Part shown: positions 45,697 through 62,890 of the stretch, in pieces | How the letters are laid out: each line of letters opens with the position of its first letter | Position numbering within the stretch: the stretch's first letter is position 1 | From: the human T2T-CHM13v2.0 reference genome, Homo sapiens | Assembly (NCBI RefSeq): GCF_009914755.1 | Contig: NC_060925.1 | Reading direction: 5' to 3' (one strand) | Length of the DNA stretch: 64,000 bases | Program-made: the position numbers and the translations under genes | The notes under the pieces: model-generated | What the model was told of the DNA's origin: nothing | The model's database searches: none | The model's input: the letters and a program-made list of their open reading frames with translations, nothing else

Positions 45697-46279
45697 AGGC
45701 TAACAATACTCTTAAGAAAATAGTGTATACAGTCAGACAGTCAATTTACTTAATTCTCAGTGATTACAAAACATTACTTCCATGAGGATCAGATGGTGTT
45801 TGGCTGGGCAGTCAACTCACAGTAAGTGATGCTGAAGCAAGAATCAGTTAAATAGCCTCACAACAGCTTTCTTTTGGTGCATCTGTATTGCTCACTATTC
45901 CTCATTGTGTATTCATTTTATGGGGAATGAGTTACACGTCAGAGCAGTTATTGGAGATGCACACAGCTCAAGATTCATTCCTAGAAAATGCAAAGGATCC
46001 AATTTAATTCAGACATTTAATGGCACTGAGCTTTTAGAGCCTAGCTTATCTAGCTCTACAATAGGCATACTTGCCAGGAGGATCTGACTAGACAAATTGA
46101 TATGCCAAGGCTCCTCCACCCATAGACAATTCTTGGGTAGACCCTGCTGGTTTCCCCTTTGATTTCTACTTGCCTTTGATCTTTACTTACGAGTAACCTA
46201 TTTTTTCTGCATACTTACCAGTGTCTTTTGTTAGGTTATCATCAGGCCTCATTGTCCTAGGAGCTGTTTTGTTTTTAAG

Positions 46280-46428
46280 GGTAGTTAATCTAGGGTCATA
46301 GACCCCCTTGCCTGTGGTTGGGCTCTAAGAGGAAGCCCTGAAATGCACAAGCCAACCTTGTAAGAGAGCATAATTTTCTCATCATATTCTCAAAGGAGTC
46401 CATGATCCCAAAATCATTATGAGCCACT
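46280..46428. mobile_element. Short hAT-Charlie-like fragment
   Basis: ggtcatagacccc...attctcaaaggagtccatgatcccaaaa...gagccact. Confidence 0.45.
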
Positions 46429-47280
46429 AATGTGTAGTGTTGCTCTGCTCTGTTATGCATATATAGTTCAGTCTCTTATAAATCACCTTAGCTTGTCATT
46501 ACTGAAGTGTTATTATTGCTGATTTCTGTGTTTTCTTACTATAGTTAAAGATATGAAAATTTGGTCTTTTTTGTTAATATTTTTTGCTTTGGATTTATTA
46601 CTTATCTAGTTGTTATCAATGTATTTCTTTTTTATTTTAACACTAGAAGTTTCAGTATTTGAGGGCAAGACAATTTATTGCTCTTTCTCTTTGCTGTTTC
46701 TTATATCCCTCTCGTCCTAAAATGTTACCCATAATATAGAACTATTGCACGTTTTCAGTTCTCTTTTCTTCAGTTATCCTGCAGTCTGATACAGAATACA
46801 TCCTTGTCATTTTAATGCTGTGTAGATTTTAGTTTAATGTAATGTTTTATACTTAACTAATCATTTTATTCTGTTAATAAATAAAGTCTTTAAGGGCCTG
46901 TCAGTATGGAAATAGGTAAATATTACTGTTACCTTTTAAAAGAATTGAGTTTGTTGCTAATCTGACACGTGGAAAAGCATCAAGCTCAGATATGTGCTGC
47001 CTTCATCAGGAGCCTGGAAAAACTAGAATTGCCATGGAGCTAAGTGTCCATCTTCAGTTGGAAATAATAGTGCCATTGGTGCCTGGCCTGCCTGCAATTT
47101 CATGACTCCTACATTGCACCCCGTGTGATCTGTAGGCTATACATTTCATGGTGAACCTGAGATAGCTTGCATAGCAGATTTTCTATACATTTGGATCTTG
47201 AACAATGTGGGAGCTAGGGCACCACTCCCCACCCCTGTGCCATCAAATCTGTATATAACTTTTGACTTCCCAACAACTTT

Positions 47281-49401
<2,121 letters not shown>

Positions 49402-49571
49402 CTATTAATAGCTTACTGTTGGCCAGAAGCCTGGCCAATCAATAAACAGTTGATTAACACATATTGTATATTGCATGCTGTATTCTTGTAACGCTATATA
49501 CTATATTCTTACAATAAAGTAAACTAGAGAAAAGAAAATGTTATTTAACATACAAGAAATAGAAAATATGT

Positions 49572-49726
49572 ATTTTTTATTTTTTTATTTAAAATTTTTT
49601 TTTAAGAGATGGGGGTCTAGCTGGGTTGCCCAGGCTTGTCTCAAACTCCTCGGCTTAAGCAATCCTCCTCCCTCAACTCCTGAGTAGCAGTAGCTGGGAC
49701 TACAGGTGCACGCCACCAGGCCAGGC
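49572..49726 (-). mobile_element. FLAM (Alu monomer)
   Basis: Single monomer gttgcccaggcttgtctcaaactcct...gctgggactacaggtgcacgccacc; TSD agaaaatatgt. Confidence 0.8.
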
Positions 49727-51038
49727 TCTGAGAAAATATGTTAAGTTTTCTATTTGTTAAGGGGAAATAGATTATCACAAACATCTTCATCCTCATCATC
49801 TTCACACTGAGCAGGCTGAGGAGGAAGAGGTGGGCCTAGTCTTGCTGTCTCATGGATGCCAGAGGCAGAAGAGATAAAGGAGGTAGGAGGCAGGAGAAGC
49901 AGGCACACTCAGTGTAAATTTTATTGAAAAAGAATCCACGTATTGGACTCATGCAGTTCAAATCCATGTTGTTCAAGGGTGAACTGCAATTTATTACTCA
50001 AAGATGAAGAAAACATTACGACAAAATGTATCCTAAGTATTTTGAATATACTGCCTACATTCTAAGTGCACTGCAAATGTGGCATAACTAGTTAACTTTC
50101 TTCAGTGATTTAAGAAAGCCTCACAAGAGGCTGCACTAACTAGATGTAGAGCATCTTTGCTAAAAAAAAGAATTATAACTATCTAATACTTACTTAGTAA
50201 ATAAAGAAAATGACCATATTGAAAACACTGATTGATTTTAAGTATTGCCACAGAAGAAAGATAGTAATTTATCATCAATAATAGTTACTGCTGTTCAACT
50301 GAGATGTGATTTAATATTACTAACAAAATTGTTCTTAATTTTCCATACATTTTTTATCTTTTTATGTAGTTTTAGGCCTAACATTATATTAATAATTGTC
50401 CTATATATTTAAGCAAAGTAAAAACACTTGAAAAATAGAAAATGCATGTAAATACTATTTGAATGAGGAAAGTAGTGATGCCAATATTTCTACCTTTTCA
50501 TAATTTAAGACATTTCTAAAATTGTATGAAATACACAGTTTATATGATTTAATACATATAATGAACCAAGAATAATAATTACTTTTTAAAAACATATTTG
50601 TTTCATGGCCCTGCCGGAGGTGTAGCAAAGTTGATGAGGTAATTTTAAAACAATTTTGCAGTTTGTCTCATGTTTTTTATAGATAAAATAGATACCTGCT
50701 TATGAAATAACACAAAAAATCTTTTTTTCCAAGTATTTGATTTGAAGAAAAAACTAGTGTGAGTAAATTCAGCATTGTTGATTGTAAGTGAATCTTTTTT
50801 TTTCTTTAGCGCAAACTCCTACTTGTGTGAGTGGGTGAATCTTTTAAAGGCAATTTCACATATGTCTGTGTTGCTAGAGGAAACCTCTCACGCTTCTGTC
50901 AGCGCTTAAATGCCAACACCACTGTTGTATTTCCCTTAGTAGAAAAGGGGAGGGTGTTTGGACGTAACATTACCATAATAGTTTTGAACTGTTTAGAAGA
51001 TAATGTTCCTTTAAAATTGTTGAATATAATAATGTTCA

Positions 51039-51330
51039 GGCCAGGTACAGTGGCTCACACCTACAATCCCAACACCTTGGGAGGCTGAGGAGGGAGGATC
51101 ACTTGAGCCTGGGAGTTCAAGACCAGCCTGGGCAACATGGTGAAACGCCGTCTCTACAAAAAATACAAAAATTAGCCAGATGTGATCATGTGCACCTGTA
51201 GTCCCAGCTACTTGGGAGGCTGATGTGGGAGGATAACCTAAGCCTGGGGAGGTCGAGGCTGCAGTGAGCCATGGTCACACCACTGCACTCCAGCCTGGGT
51301 GACAGAGTGAGACCCTGTCTCAAAAAAATA
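51039..51330 (+). mobile_element. AluJb-like
   Basis: Full Alu; TSD ataataatgttca. Confidence 0.92.
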
Positions 51331-52178
51331 ATAATAATGTTCATAGGTTCTCAATACAAATTAGTTGAATTTAATCTAAGACAACTTCCAAATCTTGTAT
51401 GGATGCTTATCGTATGTTACCTTGATTTGTAGGTTTATTTATAAAGCACTATTGATTTAAAAAATAGTATGGTATGTGCTTCTTTAAAGTCTCTCCTGGC
51501 TCTTTTTTCTTTCTTATTCTTAGTTTATTTTATGGATTATCTTTTCCTACTTGCCTTTTAAATATTGGTATCATCTAAGATTCTATCCTAGGGTCTCTGT
51601 CTGTGCTACATACTGTATATTGTCTAGGCAGCTGTCTATCTGCTACTTGAACCTTTATTCTCAACTGTACACCTATAAACCCAATTATCTTATATCTCCT
51701 GGATGACCCAGGCTATCCAACAGTGTATTCAATATTAAGCTCATTATGTCTTTCTCTCTCCATTTTCAGTTCATACCTTCCCCCAGAATAAAAGAGTATG
51801 TATATTTGCATATAAATATATAACACATACGTATATCTCTCATATATGTACTTCTGTTTTGGAAGGCCCACTGCTAGTAAGCAGCAGGCCTGGAATTTTT
51901 AATTCTGGTTTTTTGAATGCAAATCCTCAGCTCAGAGTGTATTCTATATAACATGGTGTCCATATCTTTTCAACCAAAATCAAAGATGCATGCTCTGACA
52001 ATATTTGAAGTCTGCACTTGTTGCTGTAATTATACCACATTGCTTTTCATCTTACTTTATTAAGTTGTCAGCATCATAGGGGACACTAATAACCACACAT
52101 ACAATGTAAAACTGCAATTATGATAAATATAGTGAGACATGTAGTATAAGATAGATGAATGTATATTTTTTAAAAGAT

Positions 52179-52476
52179 AGCCGGGCGTAGGGGCTCATGC
52201 CTGTAATCCCAGCACTTTGGGAGGCCGAGGCGGGTGGATCACGAGGTCAGGAGTTCAAGACCAGCCTGGCCAAGATGGTGAAACCGTGTCTCTACTAAAA
52301 ATACAAAAATTAGCTGGGTGTGGTGGCGGGTGCCTGTAATCCCAGCTACTCAGTAGGCTGAGGCAGAGAATTGCTTGAACCCAGGAGGCAGAGGTTGCAG
52401 TGAGCCAAGTTCGAACCACTGTACTCCAGCCTGGGTGACAAAGCGAGACTCTGTCTCCGAAAAAAAAAAAAAAAAA
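52179..52476 (+). mobile_element. AluS (Sg-like)
   Basis: ggatcacgaggtcaggagttcaagaccagcctggccaagatgg; A-tail; TSD aaaagat. Confidence 0.92.
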
Positions 52477-52967
52477 GATGATTTGACCTAGTCAGAGCTA
52501 TCAGATGCTTCCCTGGGAAGCAATTGAGTTGAAATGTAAAGGTTGGGTGGGGAAATGGAAGATTGTTCAAGATAGGTGAGATAGCTTGCACAAAGACTTG
52601 GGGGTTAAGAGAGTACGTGCTATATGTGTAACTATCCCCGTGCAAAGTATTTGCAATCTTGCTAGAGATTTCACGCTCCTCATTTCCTTCTTTCCTCTCC
52701 TTTTCTTGCATCCTTATTCATACATATTTATAAAAGAAAAAATATATATTTGAATGTATATTAGAATGTATAGATATTTGAATATATATATTTGAAGCTG
52801 AAGTTTGCATTAAATAGAGAATACTAGAAAGCAAAATGTAACTGCTTTTGAAACCACATAGCAGATAGGTAATTTTAGAGGAACCATGAAATTTAAGTGA
52901 AAAGCATAGCCATGTGCTAAACATAGTTTCTAATGCAACACCAAAAAGAAAAAGGATTTATGGTAGT

Positions 52968-53107
52968 ATTGTTTCTACCCTTCTAAGTCATATTGTTTCT
53001 ACTCTTGTTAAGTCATATTAGCATTTATAATCACTTTATAATCACTGTCCTGTTACAGTTTTTTAATTTATAATTTATAATCACTTTATAATCACTGTCC
53101 TGCTACA
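52968..53107 (+). repeat. Cluster of short local duplications
   Basis: tattgtttctac.ctt..taagtca twice, and tttataatcactttataatcactgtcctg(t/c)taca twice. Confidence 0.8.
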
Positions 53108-53663
53108 TTTTTATAAACCAGAGAATAACTAAATCGGGTAATAAATTTCAAAACCTTTTCTTAAATTATAAGTAATTTCTCTTTTAAGTGCATTTTTATA
53201 CTGTGAAGTTTAGTATTCCATGCAATCTTTGTGTGTTTGAGAATTAGTTCAGGCTGTAGGAATTCTATTAGAATGTAAAGTGACTTTTGAACTGCACTGA
53301 AGTACTCTGTGGTCTGTGCTATTCTGCATTTGTTGACTCTTTATTCCTTTTTGTTCTTGATATACATATGTATTATCCTTCATAAGGAATTCTGAAGCTT
53401 TGGTCCTCAAAACATTTCTTCAACAGCTCTTACCTAGTTCTTGAATAGGAAGATTATGTTCCAGGCTGTACAGCTGTTTTAGAATCAACTAGATCCTCTT
53501 AGAAACCCAAGCAATTTACCCATGTTTTCCATATCCCTTGGTTCTTTGCTTTTGTTTTTTGTTTTCTTTTTTGTATCTTTTCTAATCATGGTCCAAAGTT
53601 CAGTGTTCATAACTTCCTTATAGTGTCCTTAAAAACTTAGTTCGTATCTGTTTTTCTTTCCAG

Positions 53664-53902
53664 AAAGGGCTATTGCAAGACACGAAGTCCGAGAAATTGA
53701 GCAGCGACATACAATGGATGGCCCTCGGCAAGATGCCACTTTAGATGAGGAAGAGGACATGGTGATCATTTATAACAGAGTTCCCAAAACGGCAAGCACT
53801 TCATTTACCAATATCGCCTATGACCTGTGTGCAAAGAATAAATACCATGTCCTTCATATCAACACTACCAAAAATAATCCAGTGATGTCATTGCAAGATC
53901 AG
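53664..53902 (+). CDS. HS2ST1: HS2ST1 internal coding exon (exon 2, 239 bp), heparan sulfate 2-O-sulfotransferase 1
   Basis: Polypyrimidine tract plus CAG acceptor (tttttctttccag, ends 53663) and CAG|GTAATT donor at 53902/53903. Translates (E)RAIARHEVREIEQRHTMDGPRQDATLDEEEDMVIIYNRVPKTASTSFTNIAYDLCAKNKYHVLHINTTKNNPVMSLQDQ, which I recognise as HS2ST1, including the sulfotransferase 5'-PSB motif RVPKTAST. Phase 1 to phase 0. Confidence 0.97.
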
Positions 53903-55851
53903 GTAATTACCACTTAAGGAATGCCCAAATATTTTCTAATACTTCCTCACTCAAATTTTCTAGCTCAAGGGGATAAAGTATTTTAAAGGGATGTGAGTGC
54001 TGATCTCAGTGGATCATAAGCCTTTTAGGGGAGAGGGCCAGCTAACTTTTGTATAATTTTACTTGACAGTATTTGACACATTTCCTTGCATATAGTATGT
54101 ACTCAAATATTTGTGAAGTAAATGAATTAATGAATAGCTTGAATTTTTGAGAAAACTGATGTTCCTGAGCATAGTATCCTTTTAAAAATATAATTTTGGC
54201 ATGATACCCTGCAATAAAAATTATTGTCTCAACTTATGATGGAGAAATATTTGATGGATACTTGTATTCAATTTTGTGACCAGCCCCTCTTTACTAGATA
54301 GAGATAGAGATAGATACAGAGAGAGTTTATATATACATTGCTTATAAATGTATATATAGTTTAGTTGTGGCTTCTTCAACATAATCTTACCTTTTAAATT
54401 CTCACGAAGTTTTAGATAAACAGATGAATAAATAATTTTGTGAAATGGTTTTAAGAAAAGTAGAGGAAATTATCTTATGAAATAAAATTTGCTCATCTCT
54501 TTAATAGTAGTAGCATACATTTCTCCCACACCTGGAATTTTGACTGCAATTATAAATAAAGTTCTCTCTATAAATATGGAAGGGCATGGGAATTCCACCC
54601 CATGAGAAGGAAAGATAATGTTTGCAAATACTACTTAGGATCAAATACCAAATTGGAGTAGGCTTATTAGAAAGATATTTGTGATGGTCCTGTAGTTACA
54701 ATGATATTTATCTGTTTGAAAGCAGTGAACTTGTTACAGAATTGACTGTCATCTCACTATTTAGCATAACTATAATCCTTACACTTAAACAAGAGAATTA
54801 CATTGAGACACAAGACTAAGGTTGGCTTTCTTGCTAGAGAGCTGTTTGTAAAGGCTAGTAGTATATGGTATGTCATCTGCCCATGTAATTTTTGGCTCTT
54901 TGCAGAATCCTGGAGTACTCTTTTTCGTAGAACCAAAATTCCACATCTGTCGGCCAAACCAAATAACTCTTCTATGAATGAGAAGAAACATGAGTTGTTT
55001 TTAGCTATGTGTGTCATAAAAACTATTCATTATGTAATATTGTGTATCTCAAGGACAAGTATCCTAAATATTCTGTTTTTATACAGTGTGTAGTAGGTTT
55101 TAAATCTTTTTGCATTACTGCTTTTCAAAATATGCTTTGGTTTAAAAGGAATATGTATTCATGCTTAGATAATAATTTCAGATTTATTCAGTAGTACTTT
55201 TTAGAAAAATAATGTTAATTTGTTTGTTCAGCATTACAAAGTCCTGGTAACTGCAAGATGTCTGGCAATGACATCAACCATTATTTTCATGAAATATAAA
55301 TCTGGAGGAGCTCACCACATATGACATTTATAGGCATCATGTAGTAGTATATTTTCCCAGTTGCATTTGGATGAGATAAAGCTTCTGTTTTTCTTTTAAT
55401 AACTTGTTGGTTATGTATAGGAAAAAAAAAACAGCAGGAGAGAAGCATAAATGCTATCTTAAAAGCAATTGGATTGCATAATGACCAACACTTAAAAAAT
55501 GTTTGTGTGGGGCAGCGCAGAAGAATAGTCTTAATCATTAGCTGACATACTTCAAAATTATCAGCTGGTAGTCCAAAACCTGATCTTAATTAAGAGTAAC
55601 TTACTTAACAAATGTTCTTTATATACCCTATCTCCAGTTTTGTGATCTCTTGTTCTATGTAGACGCAGTTCTTCAAACAAGTTATATTTACTGCTTCCCC
55701 TTCTTTTGTGTGACATGTTTTCATGTTTACTTCACTTTTAATCTAGTAAGCTTCATCTAAATGTAAACTAAAAATTGCACTGTATTTCTTAAAAATAATT
55801 TTTAAATATTCCCTGAACCCCATCTGATATAACACACTTTTATTTTAATAA

Positions 55852-56186
<335 letters not shown>

Positions 56187-56844
56187 TCTCAGCTGCTTAA
56201 ATAAGAATTAAATGAACTATTTTGCTCTTTTTTCTTCTCTAAGAAATAGTTTCTAATCAAGTACAACTTAAAAGATGAGATCTTTCTTAAATCTGTTGTC
56301 TCCAGCTTCCGTGTAAAGCTCAGTTTACTCATAAAAATATTTTGAGATATGTTACCTGACCATCCTCTTTATTCCCTCACCTTCCAATCTTAGTTCAGTC
56401 TGCTTGATATCTGCCTTTAGCCCCAGCTTTCCTAGACATTTTTTGTACATACTATATTAGGTATTGTTCTAAACTGTTTACCTGCTTAATTATTTGTCTC
56501 AAAAATTTTAGAGGCAAAGCCCAAATATTTTTAGTCTGGTATAAAACCACTCAATGTATAATAGTTATATATATTCTGCTATCCTTAGAAATAGTTGTCA
56601 ACTCTGCTTTTGAGTTTTTCATTTATTTGTTGTGTATGTAATATACACAAAGGTTGTACTACATTCTTTGGGGAAATAACAAAGAAATAGAAAGCATGGC
56701 CACATCCTTGAAGGAGCTTATTTAAAATTTACTTGGGAACATAAAACATAAACACAGGGGCTATGAAAACAGTTAAAATAAAACATCAATTTGTGGTGAT
56801 CTCACTGAAATATTTAACCAAAAGTGTTCCCTACCAAAATGTTT

Positions 56845-57265
56845 GATTTGGACCTAATCCCGAGAAAACAAATTAATGTAGAATATTCTACAGAACAACT
56901 GACTTCTAAAGTGTCAGTATCATAACAACCAAAAAAGTTGGAGGGAGGCTTCTCTAGACTAGAGAGACATGGAAACCAAATGTAATGTATGGTCTGTGAT
57001 CAGATCCTTGATCAAAAATGATATCTTTGTTCATAGACATAGTACATGCTGAGGTAATTAGGGGTTAAATATGAATGACAACTATTTGCTTTCAAATAGG
57101 TCAGAAAAAATTGAGTATGTATGTGCATACATAGAGAAAAAAGATAAAAGTGACAAAATGTTAATAATTAGTGAATCTAGGTGAAGAGTATAGAGATGTT
57201 CACTGTCCTATTTTTTCATCTTTTCTGTAGTTTAGAAATTTTTTTAAATAAAAAAGTTGAAAAGT
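56845..57265 (+). mobile_element. L1ME-like 3' end
   Basis: ccaaatgtaatgtatgg...gatcagatcct...aaaatgttaataattagtgaatctaggtgaagagtat...aaataaaaaagtt. Confidence 0.6.
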
Positions 57266-57714
57266 TAAAAGAAGGATATTAAAAGATAAACATTTGAGAA
57301 TATAAGGTATGAGAAACTAAGCAATTAGAATAAGGTGTGGACTCAGTCATTAAAGATACATTTTTGCGATGGGCTTTACTTAGTTAATAGAGAGGAATTG
57401 GCAAGAGATAGGTAATCAATCAACTCTTCTAGTTGAAAAATGGAGTTTGCTTTGCTGTCATGTGTTTAGCCATACCATATATGTGATTAGCCACATCTTT
57501 TATGATTTTTCAAAAAAAGAATTCTTTTTTGCTCTCATATGTTTAGGTCTATGATTATATATAACCCCTTTTGTTAAAACATTGGAAATACCTAGAATTT
57601 GTATTCTCTGAAGAACAACATGAATTTTTTTCTTTTTGAAATTCACTCTCAAGCCAACTTTAGGTTATCTGCGTTAGAGCCCACAGTTCACCAGGAGTTG
57701 CAGATACTTTTCAG

Positions 57715-57890
57715 AGCAGCACTTTAGATGAATTTTCTCCACCTATAATGTGTATGCTAATCACTGGTTAAAATGCAGATTCAGATTCAGAAGGACCAAG
57801 ATGGAGCCCAGTTTTCAATTTTTAAACAACTCCCACTGGATGCCAAAATTAATGCCGCTGGTCTTTAAACTGCAGTTTGAGTAACAAAGA
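57715..57890. mobile_element. MER5-like hAT fragment
   Basis: ttaaaatgcagattc...tttttaaacaactccc...gatgcc...tttgagtaacaa. Confidence 0.5.
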
Positions 57891-58019
57891 TACAGATGAT
57901 GATTCTCAGTAGGGATATGGGAAGATGAATACTTTAGTCTTCCCAGGATGGTAGGGTACTTATCTTTAAATTGTTATTCCTACCTCCCCTACAAAATCCA
58001 CATTTCTTACATAGACCAA

Positions 58020-58500
58020 GAGGCCCTTTTTAATCTAGCCCTTGTGTGCACCAACTTCTTACCCACTAGCCACACTGGCCTTGTGTTTCATTGAATACGC
58101 CAAGCCTTTCCCATTTTAAGGCCTCCGCACTTATCCTTTCCTCTTAGAATGCACTTCTCCTGGCTTCTTCCAGAGTTGGCTTCATGTTATCCATTTAAGG
58201 TTTAATGACATCCTCTTAGAAAAACCATGCCTGGCCATCCTACATATTAATTACCTCTTCTAAGTTACTGTGTACTGTATCACTCTTGTTGTGTCTTCTC
58301 TGGTACTAATCAGCTTACTAACTTATCTTATATATTGGTTTGTTTACTGCCTGTCTTTTCCTCTATTATAAGATCTTTAAGGATAGGAACCTTGTCTGTC
58401 TTGTTCACTACTATATCCCTTATGTTTAGAATAGTGCCTGAGACATAGTAGAAACTATACATTTTTTGTTAAATAAATGATGAATGAATGAACAAATGGA
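58020..58500 (+). mobile_element. L2 3' fragment
   Basis: agccacactggcctt...ttgtctgtcttgttcact...tagaatagtgcctg...gaatgaatgaa. Confidence 0.7.
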
Positions 58501-59864
58501 CCAACATAGATTTTGATAGCGGTAGATGATAATAATTACTGGCAGAGTGAGCACCTCTGATTGACAGCAGTATGATCTATTCTTATCTCTCAGGTGGATT
58601 GGGAACCAGCCCCCTGCCCTACACTCCTAAAACAGGTTGAACAGCACAGCTCTGAACTTCAGTGAAGATATGTTCAATTACTGCAAACTTTTCTTATATT
58701 TTTATCCAACCACTACTTTGTTTTCCTGTGAGTGTAGAAAACTTTCTCCCTGGCTTAGTCTCATAAAAGTACCCACAGCCATACAAGAAATGTTTAAGTA
58801 AATGCATGAGTGGGAGTTTGGTAGATAGTAATTACTCAAGTTAATAGTAGCATTCATTCAACAGATAGTAATTACAGAGTTGGAATTTGGCCAGAATGTT
58901 CAGGATGACATTCCTGCTCTTTTAGATAGTGAAAACAAATGCTTTTGTTATCACAGATAATCATAATATTGAGGTTGATCTATTAAGAATATAGGTCAAG
59001 ACACTACTGTTAGTGAGAAGGGTGCTTCTTAGCTTTTTCCTGTAACATCAGTTTAGGTCTGATTCAACTAACAAAAAACCCCAACACCATTACCTATATT
59101 GTTTGTGTTTTTCCTTAAGGTCTCTTCTTATTACTTGCTAGCCTGACTTGAGTCATCAAATCCAACAAAAATCACGGTTTACACTCTGCTTCAGGCTAGC
59201 TGCGTTTCATGTACTATATCTGACTACTACATCTGAAACATTCTTCTTGGTAGCATATTTCAGTCAGAGTATGAAAATTTTCTATGACTAAAGTCACTGT
59301 AGTGGCCTTATTTCTTCTCCCCAAGCCAGAGTTTTCAGTGTCTTCAGTCTCCTTAACTTCAATTGATACTATTAAGTTTTGCTCCTTTTTTGGCCTATCA
59401 CTTTACCTTTCATTTGTGCCAAGTATAGTCAGTAAGAATCCATAAAGTGAACTGAGTAGAAGTTTGCTTACCTAATCTCAGTGTCCTCTTCTTACTCCTC
59501 TGTATTTTCAAACCTTGTCTCAAGGTCTTAGGCAGCATGCCCAAGAGAAATACCAGAAGAAAACAAACTGAAAGACAAAGCAAGTGGTGCAGGGAGGTGA
59601 GAAGGCAGATCATGATAGAGCAGAACTGGGACTAGACTGATGAGAGAGAAAAGATGAAGGTGAAAGAGTAGAGACCAGGAAAGTTCTGGAGAACTAAGGA
59701 TAAATATTAAACTGTAAAAGGAGAAGTGGCCGAATTAATACTTTAAAAATAAAACTTTTAAAAGTACTGTTTTTCAAAGGGAGTTACTCATATTATTTCC
59801 TTGGAGAACAGTTTTGAAGAGGAGATAAAGATAATATGGAATTTCAGCAGTATGTAAATGATAC

Positions 59865-60169
59865 TTTTTTTTTTTTTGAGACACAGCCTTGCTCGGTCGC
59901 CCAGGCTGGACCAGGCTGGAGTGCAGTGGTGCGATCTAGGCTCACTGCAACCTCCACCTCCCGGGTCCAAGCGATTCTCCTGTCTCAGCCTCCCGTGTAG
60001 CTAGGATTACAGGCATGAGCCACCACGCCTGGCTAATTTTTTGTATTTTAGTAGGGACGGGGTTTTACCATGTTGCCTTGGCTGGTCTCAAACCCCTGAG
60101 CTCAGGAAGTCCACCCGCCTCGGCTTTCCAAAGTGCTAGGATTATAGGCGTGAGCCACTGCACCTGGCC
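59865..60169 (-). mobile_element. AluS (Sx/Sz-like)
   Basis: Full reverse Alu with an internal 10-bp duplication (ccaggctgga twice). Confidence 0.9.
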
Positions 60170-60487
60170 AACACTTTCAAATGCTCAGACTGTTTTCTAG
60201 ATTAGTGTGAACCATGTTAGCCATACTGACATCATTTATTTGCTTCACACTTTTTTCTTCGTCATAAAGAGAAGGTAAACCTCAGTTCAGCATCTTTTGA
60301 TTCATTGTAAATTTTAAATCGGCCACAGCTATGTTAATGAAACTTTAACATATTGCCTTAGTTAAATGCTGATGAGATGAAAGAAAAATACGTATGCCAG
60401 ATATATTACATGTCTAGCCTTTAGTATGCTTTTAGTTTGAGCTTAGAAAGAGATTCTGTGTGTTTTGAGGACTTTAACAATAGTAGA

Positions 60488-60795
60488 GGCCAGGCACAGT
60501 GGCTCAGGCCTGTGAGCACTTTGGGATTCTGGGAGGCTGAGGTGGGAGGATCACTTGAGCCCAGGAGTTTAAGAACAGCCCTGGTAACAACTCTACAAAA
60601 AAAAAAAAAAATTTTTTTTTTCTTTAAATCTTGGCTTGGCATGGTGGTGTACTCCTGCAGTGCTGGCTACTTGGGAGGCTGAGGTGGGAGGACCACTTGA
60701 GCCCAGGAGTTAGAGGTTACAGTGAGTTATGATCATGCCACTGTGCTGTCCGGCATGAGTGACAGAATGAGATTCTGTCTCAAGAAAGAAAAAAC
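60488..60795 (+). mobile_element. AluJ, degenerate
   Basis: ggccaggcacagtggctca...ggatcacttgagcccaggagtt; central A-run followed by a T-run. Confidence 0.85.
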
Positions 60796-61227
60796 AAATA
60801 GATTCTAGAGAATTTTAAAGCAATAATAATCACCTGAATTTACCTCAGATAGCATGGATTTAGGAAGTAAAATTCAAAATCCTACATAGATATTTAGATG
60901 TAGTCTCTTGGTTTCAACCAGGAGTACTCAGCAATCCCAGTGGTTACCCAAGATAATAAAAAGACAAGGGAACAAACGTCAAGGGTTATTGTTAAAATGG
61001 TTGTCCGGTAAAGAGAGTAGTGATCAGGGTGAATGGGAAGTTGATATGACAATAAAGTTGATGAATGAATTCATAAGGAAATAAACAATTGAGAGAGTTA
61101 TATCAACAGAGCTTTGAGATGTTGGAGAGATGGAGTAGTTTTGAACGACTGGATCTGAGGGATTGCCTTAGTAGTGGATAGAAGTTGAGATTTTCAGTGT
61201 CCAATTTGTTAAAGCAGAATCATGATA

Positions 61228-62890
<1,663 letters not shown>

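Noticed and set aside
53714-53917. Standalone 67-aa ORF
   Set aside because: It is an internal ATG of HS2ST1 exon 2 reading through the donor site into the intron.
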